Source: Bdellovibrionales bacterium
GTDB lineage: Bacteria; Bdellovibrionota; Bdellovibrionia; Bdellovibrionales; JAGQZY01
Reading direction: 5' to 3'
DNA length: 64,000 nt
Assembly: GCA_964230645.1 (NCBI GenBank)
Contig: CAXRHT010000002.1
Location: 1,056,001 to 1,120,000 of the forward strand
The translations under genes and the position numbers were made by a program. Shown here in pieces: positions 10,131-18,906 of this stretch (position 1 is the first letter of the stretch; every line of letters starts with the position of its first letter). The notes beneath the pieces are model-generated. The model saw only the letters and a program-made list of their open reading frames with translations, made no database searches and was not told the DNA's origin.

Positions 10131-10309
10131 TTAAGTTGCTAAGAATAATTTTTCAACCGACGCCCCACAACCTTTAAAACTTCTTGTTTTGTAAGGTTAA
10201 GAAAAAGAGTGTTCACTTTTTTCTACTTCTATAGAATAAGAAATTTTCAAGGGGATTCCATGCAAGAAAATCGCAAATCTTTGTCTCATTATGGAGCAAA
10301 AAGGCCTTT

Positions 10310-10459
10310 TTAGTCCTCTTGGTCTTTATCCGCATGAGCTTCAATATTCTTTTTCGTGTCTTCGCCTGAGATACCAACCCACTCGGGGAAGAAAAACATC
10401 AAAAAGAAATAGCCAAGTGTGAGAGCAAAAATAAAGCCCAGTATTATGTACACAAGCAT
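10310..10459 (-). CDS. Small single-TM membrane protein, 49 aa (missed by ORF track)
   Basis: MLVYIILGFIFALTLGYFFLMFFFPEWVGISGEDTKKNIEAHADKDQED; TAATG overlap with upstream stop codon. Confidence 0.75.
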   Translation of the reverse strand: MLVYIILGFIFALTLGYFFLMFFFPEWVGISGEDTKKNIEAHADKDQED

Positions 10460-11481
10460 TAATGCCTTATCCTTTTATTGAACTTTTTGGGGCTGACTAA
10501 AGTGACCCACGCCATGTCGATAAGGCCGAACCACTTATTACGCCTTCTTTGAAAAAAGCAATACTCCTTTTCTTCAACGCCCGTAAATTTCGTTTTAAAA
10601 AAATGTAGACCTTTAGGACGATAGAAAAAAGGAATATGGTATAAAATGCCAAAAAGGCGCCCCATTAGAGAAGAGCTTTCCACATGAGCAAATGGATTTA
10701 GACCTAAATTAAGCTCACTCACACCTTCGCCTTTAAAAACTTCGATTAGAAAGGATATTAAAAAAGATAACGCATGAGGATCTCTTTTGGGATCATATAT
10801 CAAGTGATCAACATAAAATCCCAACTCTCCATCCCTGAGGTAAGGTAGGAGACTACAAAAAGCCAACACCTCTCCTTCACACTCCACCACGAACCACTCT
10901 TCGTAAGGGTCGGTGAAATGGCCGTTCTTGGGTTTAGAAAGAAAGAAGCGCATCTGAAAAGGAAGTTTCGTTTTATGCCATTTTCGGTAGAGTGGTTTTA
11001 AATCTGAAAATTCAAACTCTTTTTTATTCTGAACAGGCACTGCACGGTAATTGAGCTTTTTACCTTTTCTGAGAGCACGACGGACCTCTTTAGACTCTGG
11101 GGCTCTTAAATCAAATTCTTGCAGTGGAATGCGGGTGCTTGTTCCTAGAGGTATTTTAAAAAATCGCGACCAGCTCCAATTTTTTCCCACATAGTATCCG
11201 CAGACTGATTTTTTCTTTCTTTTTGAAAATAAAGAGAAAGCCTGTTTGATTTCGTCATCATCAGAGCCCGCAGCCACAAGAGGTTCTCCGGCGACAATGA
11301 GATGCTGGGGGGTTTCCTCATAGGCGAGCAGAGCGTCTCCTGCATAGAAGAACTTTTTCCCTGTTTTCCAGTGAGTCATAAAGTAAGGCGGAATATCAGA
11401 AAAGATCGATCGTTGAAACCATTGCAGCGCTTCTTCGGGAGTGGCTTCGTGGGCTATATTTAAAGATCGAACAACAGACAT
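10459..11481 (-). CDS. Stand-alone aminoacyl-phosphatidylglycerol synthase catalytic domain (MprF C-terminal / DUF2156)
   Basis: IVAGEPL, KEVRRALRKG, ELNLGLNPF, YRPKGLHFFKTKF match MprF-C motifs; no flippase TM domain. Confidence 0.75.
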   Translation of the reverse strand: MSVVRSLNIAHEATPEEALQWFQRSIFSDIPPYFMTHWKTGKKFFYAGDALLAYEETPQHLIVAGEPLVAAGSDDDEIKQAFSLFSKRKKKSVCGYYVGKNWSWSRFFKIPLGTSTRIPLQEFDLRAPESKEVRRALRKGKKLNYRAVPVQNKKEFEFSDLKPLYRKWHKTKLPFQMRFFLSKPKNGHFTDPYEEWFVVECEGEVLAFCSLLPYLRDGELGFYVDHLIYDPKRDPHALSFLISFLIEVFKGEGVSELNLGLNPFAHVESSSLMGRLFGILYHIPFFYRPKGLHFFKTKFTGVEEKEYCFFQRRRNKWFGLIDMAWVTLVSPKKFNKRIRH

Positions 11482-11482
11482 A

Positions 11483-11508
11483 TAAGAGGGTGTTAAAACA
11501 CCCTCTTA
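11483..11508. terminator. Perfect hairpin downstream of hppA
   Basis: taagagggtgtt-aa-aacaccctctta; abuts the ATG of the next gene. Confidence 0.6.
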
Positions 11509-11521
11509 AAAATAACAAATA

Positions 11522-13582
11522 TTATTTTAAAGCAATCACCGAGGCCATTAGAAGAGCCACAATAGACATTAACTTGATAAGGATGTTCATAGCAGGACCC
11601 GTTGTGTCTTTGAACGGATCACCCACTGTATCACCCACAACAGTGGCTTTGTGGGCCTCTGTTCCTTTTTTCTCACCTTCAATAGATCCTGTCTCAATCG
11701 CTTTTTTAGCGTTATCCCAAGCTCCACCCGCGTTGGACATAAGAAGAGCCAGCATAACTCCAGCCAAAGTGGCTCCGGCAAGCATTCCACCAAGAGCCGC
11801 TGGTCCAAGTAATAGACCCACAACCACAGGCGCGATAACAGCAAGAAGACCTGGCTTAATCATTTCGCGAAGAGCCGCTTTTGTAGAAATTTCAACACAG
11901 CGAGAAGTGTCAGGCTTACCTGTTCCCTCAAGAAGTCCTGGGATTTCTTTGAACTGACGACGGATTTCAGTCACCATATCACTGGCAGCTTTTCCAACCG
12001 AGGTCATAGTCATGGCGCCAGCCCAAAGAGGCACGATGGCTCCAAGGAAGAGACCGATAACAACCATAGGATCAGTGATGTCCATAGTTAATGGAGCCAT
12101 TCCAGCCTCTAATCTCAAAGCATTCACAGAAGATCCGTAAGCCACAAAAAGAGCGAGAGCAGTAAGAGCGGCAGAACCGATGGCAAAACCTTTACCCATA
12201 GCTGCTGTTGTATTTCCAATGGCATCGAGCTCATCGGTAATGGCACGAACATCAGGCCCAAGACCAGACATTTCAGAAACACCACCAGCGTTATCAGCCA
12301 CAGGTCCGTAAGCATCAATTGTCATTGTTACACCCACGGTGGCTAGCATACCAACGGCCGCGAGAGCGATCCCGTAGAGTCCAGCAACATTAAAGGAGAC
12401 ATAAATTGCCGCACAAAGAATAAGAAGTGGGAACACACAAGACTCAAGACCGACAGCAAAACCAGTAATAATGTTTGTCGCAGGTCCCGTCTTAGAAGCT
12501 TCAGCAATTCTGTCGATAGGGCTTTTTGCCGTGTAGTACTCGGTCACATAACCGATAGCAAGCCCTGCGATTGTTCCTGCAATAATAGGATAAAAAGCTG
12601 AGAACTCAAAACCAAGAACACTAATGGAAACAGCGGCAAGGATAAGAAAGCCACCAGCGGCTGTGTACTCTGAAACGTGAAGAGCTTTTGCTGGAGGCAT
12701 TGCTTTGAACATATTCATTCCAATAATTCCGAGGAACGATGAGGCCAAACCAAGCACGGAAAGAAGGAGTGGAAGACCCATTAAAAGAGTTCGTGCTGGC
12801 TCTCCACCCGGGTGAAGCATAGACAAAGACTCAGAAGTCATTGTCGCAGCGATAGCGATGGCCGCTACCATTGCACCAACGTAGGATTCAAAGATGTCAG
12901 CACCCATTCCGGCCACATCACCAACGTTGTCTCCAACGTTATCAGCGATCACACCAGGGTTTCTTGGATCATCTTCAGGAATTCCAGCTTCTACTTTACC
13001 AACAAGGTCAGAACCAACATCGGCTGCCTTGGTAAAGATTCCCCCACCCACACGGGCGAAAAGGGCGATAGAAGAGGCTCCCATTGAGAATCCAGAAATC
13101 ACACCCACTGTAGGCACATATTGTCCCCAAAGAAAGTAGAAGATCCCGAGACCAACAAGTCCTAAAGAGGCCACAGAAAGACCCATTACAGCTCCTCCGC
13201 GGAAGGCTACTAATAGAGCCGGTCCAATACCGCCTTCTTTAGCGGCCGTAGCTGTACGCACATTTGAGCGAGTCGCAGCTTTCATACCGATATATCCAGC
13301 CGATCCAGAAGCGACAGCTCCGAAAAAGAAAGCTAGGGACGTTTCCCAACCTTTTACTGGAAAAAGAATTCCCGCAACAACGACAACAAAAACGGCAAGT
13401 AGTTTGTATTCAGCTCCCATAAAGGTCATGGCACCCAAGTGAATTTCATCACCAATGGCTGTCATTTTTGCATCACCTGTGGATAATCGCATAATTCCCA
13501 TATAGAGGAACATTGCAAAAGCTAACCCAAGACCACCTGCTACCGGCGCAACAAGGCCGATGGACTCAATCATCTGAGACAT
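11522..13582 (-). CDS. hppA: Membrane-bound K+-stimulated (likely Na+-translocating) pyrophosphatase
   Basis: [45 protein letters not shown]. Confidence 0.95.
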   Translation of the reverse strand: MSQMIESIGLVAPVAGGLGLAFAMFLYMGIMRLSTGDAKMTAIGDEIHLGAMTFMGAEYKLLAVFVVVVAGILFPVKGWETSLAFFFGAVASGSAGYIGMKAATRSNVRTATAAKEGGIGPALLVAFRGGAVMGLSVASLGLVGLGIFYFLWGQYVPTVGVISGFSMGASSIALFARVGGGIFTKAADVGSDLVGKVEAGIPEDDPRNPGVIADNVGDNVGDVAGMGADIFESYVGAMVAAIAIAATMTSESLSMLHPGGEPARTLLMGLPLLLSVLGLASSFLGIIGMNMFKAMPPAKALHVSEYTAAGGFLILAAVSISVLGFEFSAFYPIIAGTIAGLAIGYVTEYYTAKSPIDRIAEASKTGPATNIITGFAVGLESCVFPLLILCAAIYVSFNVAGLYGIALAAVGMLATVGVTMTIDAYGPVADNAGGVSEMSGLGPDVRAITDELDAIGNTTAAMGKGFAIGSAALTALALFVAYGSSVNALRLEAGMAPLTMDITDPMVVIGLFLGAIVPLWAGAMTMTSVGKAASDMVTEIRRQFKEIPGLLEGTGKPDTSRCVEISTKAALREMIKPGLLAVIAPVVVGLLLGPAALGGMLAGATLAGVMLALLMSNAGGAWDNAKKAIETGSIEGEKKGTEAHKATVVGDTVGDPFKDTTGPAMNILIKLMSIVALLMASVIALK

Positions 13583-13787
13583 CTGTCTTTCTCCTTATAA
13601 ATAACGTTAAATTTTGAGCCTCCAATGATTCGCTTTCTTTGACGCGATTGTCAACGAGGAACTGGGCAAGAAGCTGCCTCCCCCCGGGGAAATATGCAAA
13701 GCGGCAATTTTCCAAAGAGCAGAGCGCTCTTGCCTGCTCAGTAATTAAGGTCTAATTTGGGCCCATCTTATCCTCGAAGGAGTCCTA

Positions 13788-14159
13788 ATGTCCTCAACTG
13801 CGATTACAATCCTCACATTTGTCCATATCGGTAGCATTTTTCTTGTCCTCTTGTGCCTGGGAGCCATCGCCAGTCACCAGATCCAAGGAGGCACAAAAGA
13901 GAACTTTAAAAACCGAAAATTTTTTATGGCTCTTCACGGAATTGCCCTGCTCGTAGCCATTATCGCTGGGATGGGACTTGTGGGCGGTCGCTACTCCTTT
14001 GCTAATGGCTGGGTTCTTACCAAGCTGGGAGTGTGGCTTGCGCTAGGAGCTTACCCGGTGATCTTTTTTAAGCAAAAGCCCGGTAGCAAAGGCCCCTTAC
14101 TGGGTCTCTACGCTCTTGTTTTACTTGCACTTTTTGCGGTGGAATTTAAACCTTTTTAG
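13788..14159 (+). CDS. Small 4-TM membrane protein (SirB2-like)
   Basis: Four hydrophobic helices, H..(HG)..GWVLTKL..KPF pattern; AAGGAG RBS. Confidence 0.55.
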   Translation: MSSTAITILTFVHIGSIFLVLLCLGAIASHQIQGGTKENFKNRKFFMALHGIALLVAIIAGMGLVGGRYSFANGWVLTKLGVWLALGAYPVIFFKQKPGSKGPLLGLYALVLLALFAVEFKPF

Positions 14160-14179
14160 GTTTTAGAAATGAGAAAACT

Positions 14180-14665
14180 ATGAAATGGGTGAAGCGCATT
14201 TTAATGGCTGTGGCATTCTTAGTCGTCGTAGCAGCCCTAGGCTTTGGAGGTCGTTTGTTTTTTCTTGGTAAAAAGAGTCAAGAGACTCCAACAAATGAAC
14301 TGGGTCATGAGGCCGGTCATCTTAAAGCCTGTGGCGAAAAACCCAATTGTGTTTCCAGCCAAGCCGACCCAGATTCAAGGTTTTATATTGAACCCATTAA
14401 AGGCTCCAATATCGAAGTTCTTTGGGACAATCTACATATGCTTCTAAAAGAGATGGGCTACAAAGAAGAAAGTGCCACATCCAATTACCTCCATTACACG
14501 GACACCAGTAAAGTATTTAAGTTTGTCGACGACATCGAGTTCCTTCTGCAAAAAGACGAGGGTGTTATTGAGCTTCGCTCACGGTCCCGAGTGGGATACT
14601 CCGATATGGGTGTGAATCGTAAAAGGTTGGAAAAAATAAAAACGATGCTGCAACCAAGGCTATAA
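14180..14665 (+). CDS. DUF1499 domain protein
   Basis: CGEKPNCVSSQ, FKFVDDIEF, RSRSRVGYSDMGVNRKR. Confidence 0.9.
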   Translation: MKWVKRILMAVAFLVVVAALGFGGRLFFLGKKSQETPTNELGHEAGHLKACGEKPNCVSSQADPDSRFYIEPIKGSNIEVLWDNLHMLLKEMGYKEESATSNYLHYTDTSKVFKFVDDIEFLLQKDEGVIELRSRSRVGYSDMGVNRKRLEKIKTMLQPRL

Positions 14666-14672
14666 GTTTTTT

Positions 14673-15632
14673 ATGATTGTTTCTTCAACCTACGAACCGA
14701 ACTTACTCATCAACAATGGACATGTGGAAACCGTTCTACCCTACTTTTTTCGTTATCTACCTCCTGTTAATTACCAGAGGGAGAGAATTCAAACGGATGA
14801 TGGCGACTTTTTGGATCTTGATTGGATTAAAAAGAACAATAAAAAATTAGTAATTCTGTCCCATGGGTTAGAGGGATGCTCACAGTCCTCTTACAACATC
14901 GGTATGTCTTGGTTTTTAGCGAAGCACGGCTATGATGTACTTGTCTGGAATCATCGGGGCTGCAGTGGCGAACCCAATAGACTGAAAACTTCTTATCATT
15001 CTGGTTTTTCTCAAGATTTAAAATTTGTTATTGAATACGTTATTAACCAGCGTCAGTACTCTAGTATCGATCTTGTTGGTTTTAGTATGGGTGGTAATAT
15101 CACGCTAAAGTATCTTGGCGAAGAGGGTGACCGAGTTCCATCTCAAATTAATCGAGCGGTCGCTATTTCGACCCCTGTTTCCCTAACGGACTGCTCGAGG
15201 GCTCTTTCAAAAGGTATTAGCCGAATATACACGAAAAACTTTATTTTCCGATTGGTTAGAAAGCTTGAAGCCAAGAAGAAGAAATTTCCAGATCTCAATG
15301 TGAATACTAAAAAACTAAAAAGACTCTGGAGTTTTAAAAAGTTTGATGACCAGTTCACTGCTCCTCTCTACGGTTTTAAAAATGCCGAAGATTATTGGGA
15401 GCAATCGAGTAGTCTTCCCCACATAAAGAGTATCCGAAGGCCTTCTTTGATCTTAAATGCACTCAACGACCCTTTCCTAGCGGGCCAATGCTATCCAACG
15501 GACTTAGTGAAAGATTTAGAGTTTGTGCATCTGGAAACACCGGCCCGCGGAGGACACGTCGGCTTCCCTCAAAAAGGTTTGAGGGAGTTTTGGTCAGAAA
15601 AACGAACCTTAGAATTTATCAATCAAAATTAG
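14673..15632 (+). CDS. YheT-family alpha/beta hydrolase
   Basis: DGDFLDLDW, HGLEG, GFSMGGN nucleophile, NALNDPF, GGHVGF. Confidence 0.9.
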   Translation: MIVSSTYEPNLLINNGHVETVLPYFFRYLPPVNYQRERIQTDDGDFLDLDWIKKNNKKLVILSHGLEGCSQSSYNIGMSWFLAKHGYDVLVWNHRGCSGEPNRLKTSYHSGFSQDLKFVIEYVINQRQYSSIDLVGFSMGGNITLKYLGEEGDRVPSQINRAVAISTPVSLTDCSRALSKGISRIYTKNFIFRLVRKLEAKKKKFPDLNVNTKKLKRLWSFKKFDDQFTAPLYGFKNAEDYWEQSSSLPHIKSIRRPSLILNALNDPFLAGQCYPTDLVKDLEFVHLETPARGGHVGFPQKGLREFWSEKRTLEFINQN

Positions 15633-16328
15633 TCAGGACTGCTGTATCACCCAATTGAGAATTTTCATCTTCTCCTCTCGGCTACAATGAGAAAGGCTGA
15701 GTTTGTGAACAAAGCGACTCTCCCCTCGCTCTTCACTTTTCTCAACCGTTAATCTTTTGAAGTCCAAATCAATATCTTTAAGTTGCGAGAAGTTTAAACC
15801 AGCCACTACACTTCCTGATTCAATTTTTCTGGTTCCTTGTAGATAAAGAAAGTCCATATCAATACCACTCATTTTTAAAGGGAGTTGAAGGGTGTTGCTC
15901 TGACTGCGAACCTCACAAATTATGAAAGGATTTTCTGCCGAGCCTTGCTTTGTTTTGTAACTTGAAAGCACTTTGCTAACTTTGTTTAAAAGGTTTTGTT
16001 TTGTCGGAGGCTTAATTAAATAGCCATCAACTGCAAAATTGATCGCTTTTTGAACGTTTTCCACATCGGAATGAGAAGTCAGAATAAGAATTGGAAGACC
16101 AGAAAAAGTGTCATCATTGTTAATGGCTTTAAGAACAGAGAATCCGTCAACCTCAGGCATCTCAAGATCCAAAAGTAGCAGATCAAAGTCTCCGTCACGC
16201 AACCGGGAAAGCCCCTCTTGCCCAGAAGAACAGTAAGTCAACTCTACATCTTTATCTTTCAAAAAGAAACGAATCAGCTCAAAACTATGGGGATCATCAT
16301 CAACCAGAAGAAATTTCAACGCCATCAA
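15633..16328 (-). CDS. Response regulator (REC + degenerate PilZ-like C-terminal domain)
   Basis: LLVDDD, LLDLEMPEVDG, LTS, YLIKP; beta-rich C-terminus ending in a helix. Confidence 0.8.
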   Translation of the reverse strand: MMALKFLLVDDDPHSFELIRFFLKDKDVELTYCSSGQEGLSRLRDGDFDLLLLDLEMPEVDGFSVLKAINNDDTFSGLPILILTSHSDVENVQKAINFAVDGYLIKPPTKQNLLNKVSKVLSSYKTKQGSAENPFIICEVRSQSNTLQLPLKMSGIDMDFLYLQGTRKIESGSVVAGLNFSQLKDIDLDFKRLTVEKSEERGESRFVHKLSLSHCSREEKMKILNWVIQQS

Positions 16329-16681
16329 CTATCCTCTTTTATTCTTTTCAACATTTCATTTAATTCTTCAATAGTTTGCAAATAAACAGATAAACTTTTC
16401 TCCATCAGTTCTTTTACTTCTCGCTTTTCCTTTGCGGCCAGTTCGAGTGACTCCATTTCCTGCAAAAGTGCCGAGGCACCAAAGGAATGGCAACTAGACT
16501 TTAATCTGTGGCAGGCATTCTTAAGATCTTCGTGCTTCCCAGCTTTGCAGACTCTTTCAAAATCCTGGTATTGCTGTTGAAATATGTCGAGGAGACGCTC
16601 TAATTGCTCGTTATCTGACTCAATGTCTTCATTGAAAAAAGAATTAAATTTTTCTTTATTAATTGTTTCAATCTGAGCCAC
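16325..16681 (-). CDS. Stand-alone Hpt phosphotransfer protein
   Basis: ACHRLKSSCHSFGA Hpt motif; AAGGAG RBS. Confidence 0.85.
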   Translation of the reverse strand: MAQIETINKEKFNSFFNEDIESDNEQLERLLDIFQQQYQDFERVCKAGKHEDLKNACHRLKSSCHSFGASALLQEMESLELAAKEKREVKELMEKSLSVYLQTIEELNEMLKRIKEDS

Positions 16682-16700
16682 AAAAATCTCCTTAAAAACT

Positions 16701-16727
16701 AAAAGTCTGTGATGCGACCACCGATAA
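16701..16727 (+). promoter_or_regulatory. Sigma28 (FliA)-type promoter
   Basis: AAAAGTCT-N11-ACCGATAA vs consensus TAAAGTTT-N11-GCCGATAA, 42 bp before the kinase ATG. Confidence 0.6.
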
Positions 16728-16769
16728 GTATACGTAAATTTTTATCGAAATGGAAACTGTTTACTAGTT

Positions 16770-18527
16770 ATGATTAAAATTAAAAAAAGTTCTCTTGAAA
16801 AGTTAAAGTTTGATTCAGAAATCCTAAAAGACATTCACCGAGTGAACTGTCTGCAAAGTAAAGACACCCATTTTATGATGCAGGAATATTTGAAAATTGG
16901 CGAAAAATACCTTGGCTTAGAATTTGGTATCGTTAGTACTATTTCAGAGAGTGAATATGTTGTTGTAAACGCACTTTCACCCAGCAATGAGCTCGAACCA
17001 GGACTAAAGTTCGAATTGGAGAATACCTATTGTCAGAAGGTTGTCAAACAAGGCAGGACAATTACTCACACCCATGTGGGTGCTGACCCTGAGATGTGCA
17101 AACATCCGGTATTTGAAGCCATGGCTCTTGAGTCCTATATCGGCTGCCCCATCGTTGTGGATAACGAAATTGTTGGAACTCTTAACTTTTCCTCGAAGTC
17201 CATACGCAAAGAGAGATTCTCCGAGAGCGCTATTAATTTAGTTGAAATTCTAAGTGACTCGATCGCCAGTCAGCTCAAAATTGAGCTCTACACATCCGAC
17301 CTACAGAAAAAAGCACAGCAACTTGATCTCGAAGTCGAAAAACTAAAACGTCAAAAGCGAAAGCAACAGAAGCTAGAAAGAGAAAAGCGTAAAGTCGAAA
17401 AAATTTCTCACCGACTCCACCAAATTTTGAAAGTGGGAGGTTGGGAGCTTGATTTAAACAGTAATCAATTAAAATGGACGGATGAGGTTTACAATATTTA
17501 CGGACTTCCTCTAGGCAAAATCCCACCTCTACAGGACGCCATTAATTTTTATCCCACCCACGAAAGGCCTCGCATCACCCAGTGCGTTCAAGACTGCATT
17601 GAAAAGGGCAAGATCTATCACGACAATTTTGAATTTATAGATGCAAAAGGACAAAAGAAATGGGTCAATGCCTATGGGGAACCTGTTTATGACTCTGCTG
17701 GAAAAATCAGAGCCTTGCGCGGTTTTTTTCAGGACGTCACTTCCGCTATTTTAAAACAACAACAAGTGGAACGTCTCAAAAACGAAGCAGAGAAAGCCAA
17801 CCGAGCAAAATCTATGTTTTTGGCTAACATGAGTCACGAACTAAGAACGCCTTTGAATGCCATTATAGGCTATAGTGAAATTGTATTAGAAGAAATCGAA
17901 GAATTAGAAACACCCCTCGATCAGGTATCAGAAGATATAAAGAAAATTCAATCCAGCGGTGAACATCTCCTCTCTTTGATCAATCAACTTTTGCAGTTAT
18001 CAAAAGTAGAAAGTGGTAAGGTCGATCTTGTTCCAACTGACTTCCAAGTGAACGAACTTATCGAACGTGTTAACCCAATCTGCAAACCCATTGTCGAAGA
18101 AAATAGAAATCAAATAGAGTTTGAAGTTCAGAATCATTCTGGTCGCTTACACAATGATTTGGAAAAGCTCTCTCAAGTGATAATTAACCTTGTGGCCAAC
18201 GCAGCAAAATTCACAAAAAATGGTAAAGTCACTGTACGGCTTTATGATGAAAAAGCAGAACGAACAATTATTGAGGTTGAAGACACAGGCGTGGGTATTA
18301 AAAAGTCACACCTAGCTCGGATTTTCGAAGAATTTGAACAAGTCGATCAATCTATGAAAAAGGAATACGAAGGGACGGGACTTGGACTGGCAATTTCTAA
18401 AAAGTTTGTCCGCTTAATGGGTGGAAACATTGAAGTGGAAAGTGAACCAAACGTCGGTAGCCTTTTTAGAATTAATATTCCGTCAAAAGTCGTTCACAAA
18501 AACTCTGATAAAAATGAGGCCGCTTAA
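16770..18527 (+). CDS. Cytoplasmic GAF-PAS sensor histidine kinase (non-hybrid)
   Basis: GAF (LENTYC..YIGCPI..GTLNF), PAS (GGWE..GFFQDVT), [12 protein letters not shown]1/F/G2 boxes; ends NEAA. Confidence 0.92.
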   Translation: MIKIKKSSLEKLKFDSEILKDIHRVNCLQSKDTHFMMQEYLKIGEKYLGLEFGIVSTISESEYVVVNALSPSNELEPGLKFELENTYCQKVVKQGRTITHTHVGADPEMCKHPVFEAMALESYIGCPIVVDNEIVGTLNFSSKSIRKERFSESAINLVEILSDSIASQLKIELYTSDLQKKAQQLDLEVEKLKRQKRKQQKLEREKRKVEKISHRLHQILKVGGWELDLNSNQLKWTDEVYNIYGLPLGKIPPLQDAINFYPTHERPRITQCVQDCIEKGKIYHDNFEFIDAKGQKKWVNAYGEPVYDSAGKIRALRGFFQDVTSAILKQQQVERLKNEAEKANRAKSMFLANMSHELRTPLNAIIGYSEIVLEEIEELETPLDQVSEDIKKIQSSGEHLLSLINQLLQLSKVESGKVDLVPTDFQVNELIERVNPICKPIVEENRNQIEFEVQNHSGRLHNDLEKLSQVIINLVANAAKFTKNGKVTVRLYDEKAERTIIEVEDTGVGIKKSHLARIFEEFEQVDQSMKKEYEGTGLGLAISKKFVRLMGGNIEVESEPNVGSLFRINIPSKVVHKNSDKNEAA

Positions 18528-18528
18528 A

Positions 18529-18891
18529 ATGAAACATGTACTAGTCATTGAAGACAATGAGATTAACCAAGAATTGATAAAAAGAAGACTTGAGAAAAGA
18601 GGCTTCAAAGTGGATATAGCTTCAGACGGAGAGAGTGGACTAAAATTAGTGCAAGAGATTATGCCGGATCTCATATTATTAGATATAAGTCTTCCTCGCA
18701 TGGATGGTCTGGAGGTTGTTAAAACGTTAAAGGCAAATCCACAACTCTCTCGGATACCTGTTATTGCCCTCACCGCTCATGCGATGGAAGGTGACCGTCA
18801 AAAAGCTTTACAAGCTGGATTTGATGAGTACGAGTCAAAGCCTGTAAAAATTGACCAGCTCCTCACCAAAATGGAAAAATTGGCGGCATAA
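18529..18891 (+). CDS. Single-domain response regulator (DivK-like)
   Basis: VLVIEDNEIN, LLDISLPRMDG, IPVIALTAHAMEGD, SKP; start moved to ATG 18529 behind GAGG; ends KLAA. Confidence 0.9.
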   Translation: MKHVLVIEDNEINQELIKRRLEKRGFKVDIASDGESGLKLVQEIMPDLILLDISLPRMDGLEVVKTLKANPQLSRIPVIALTAHAMEGDRQKALQAGFDEYESKPVKIDQLLTKMEKLAA

Positions 18892-18906
18892 TTAAAGATC
18901 TTTTCC

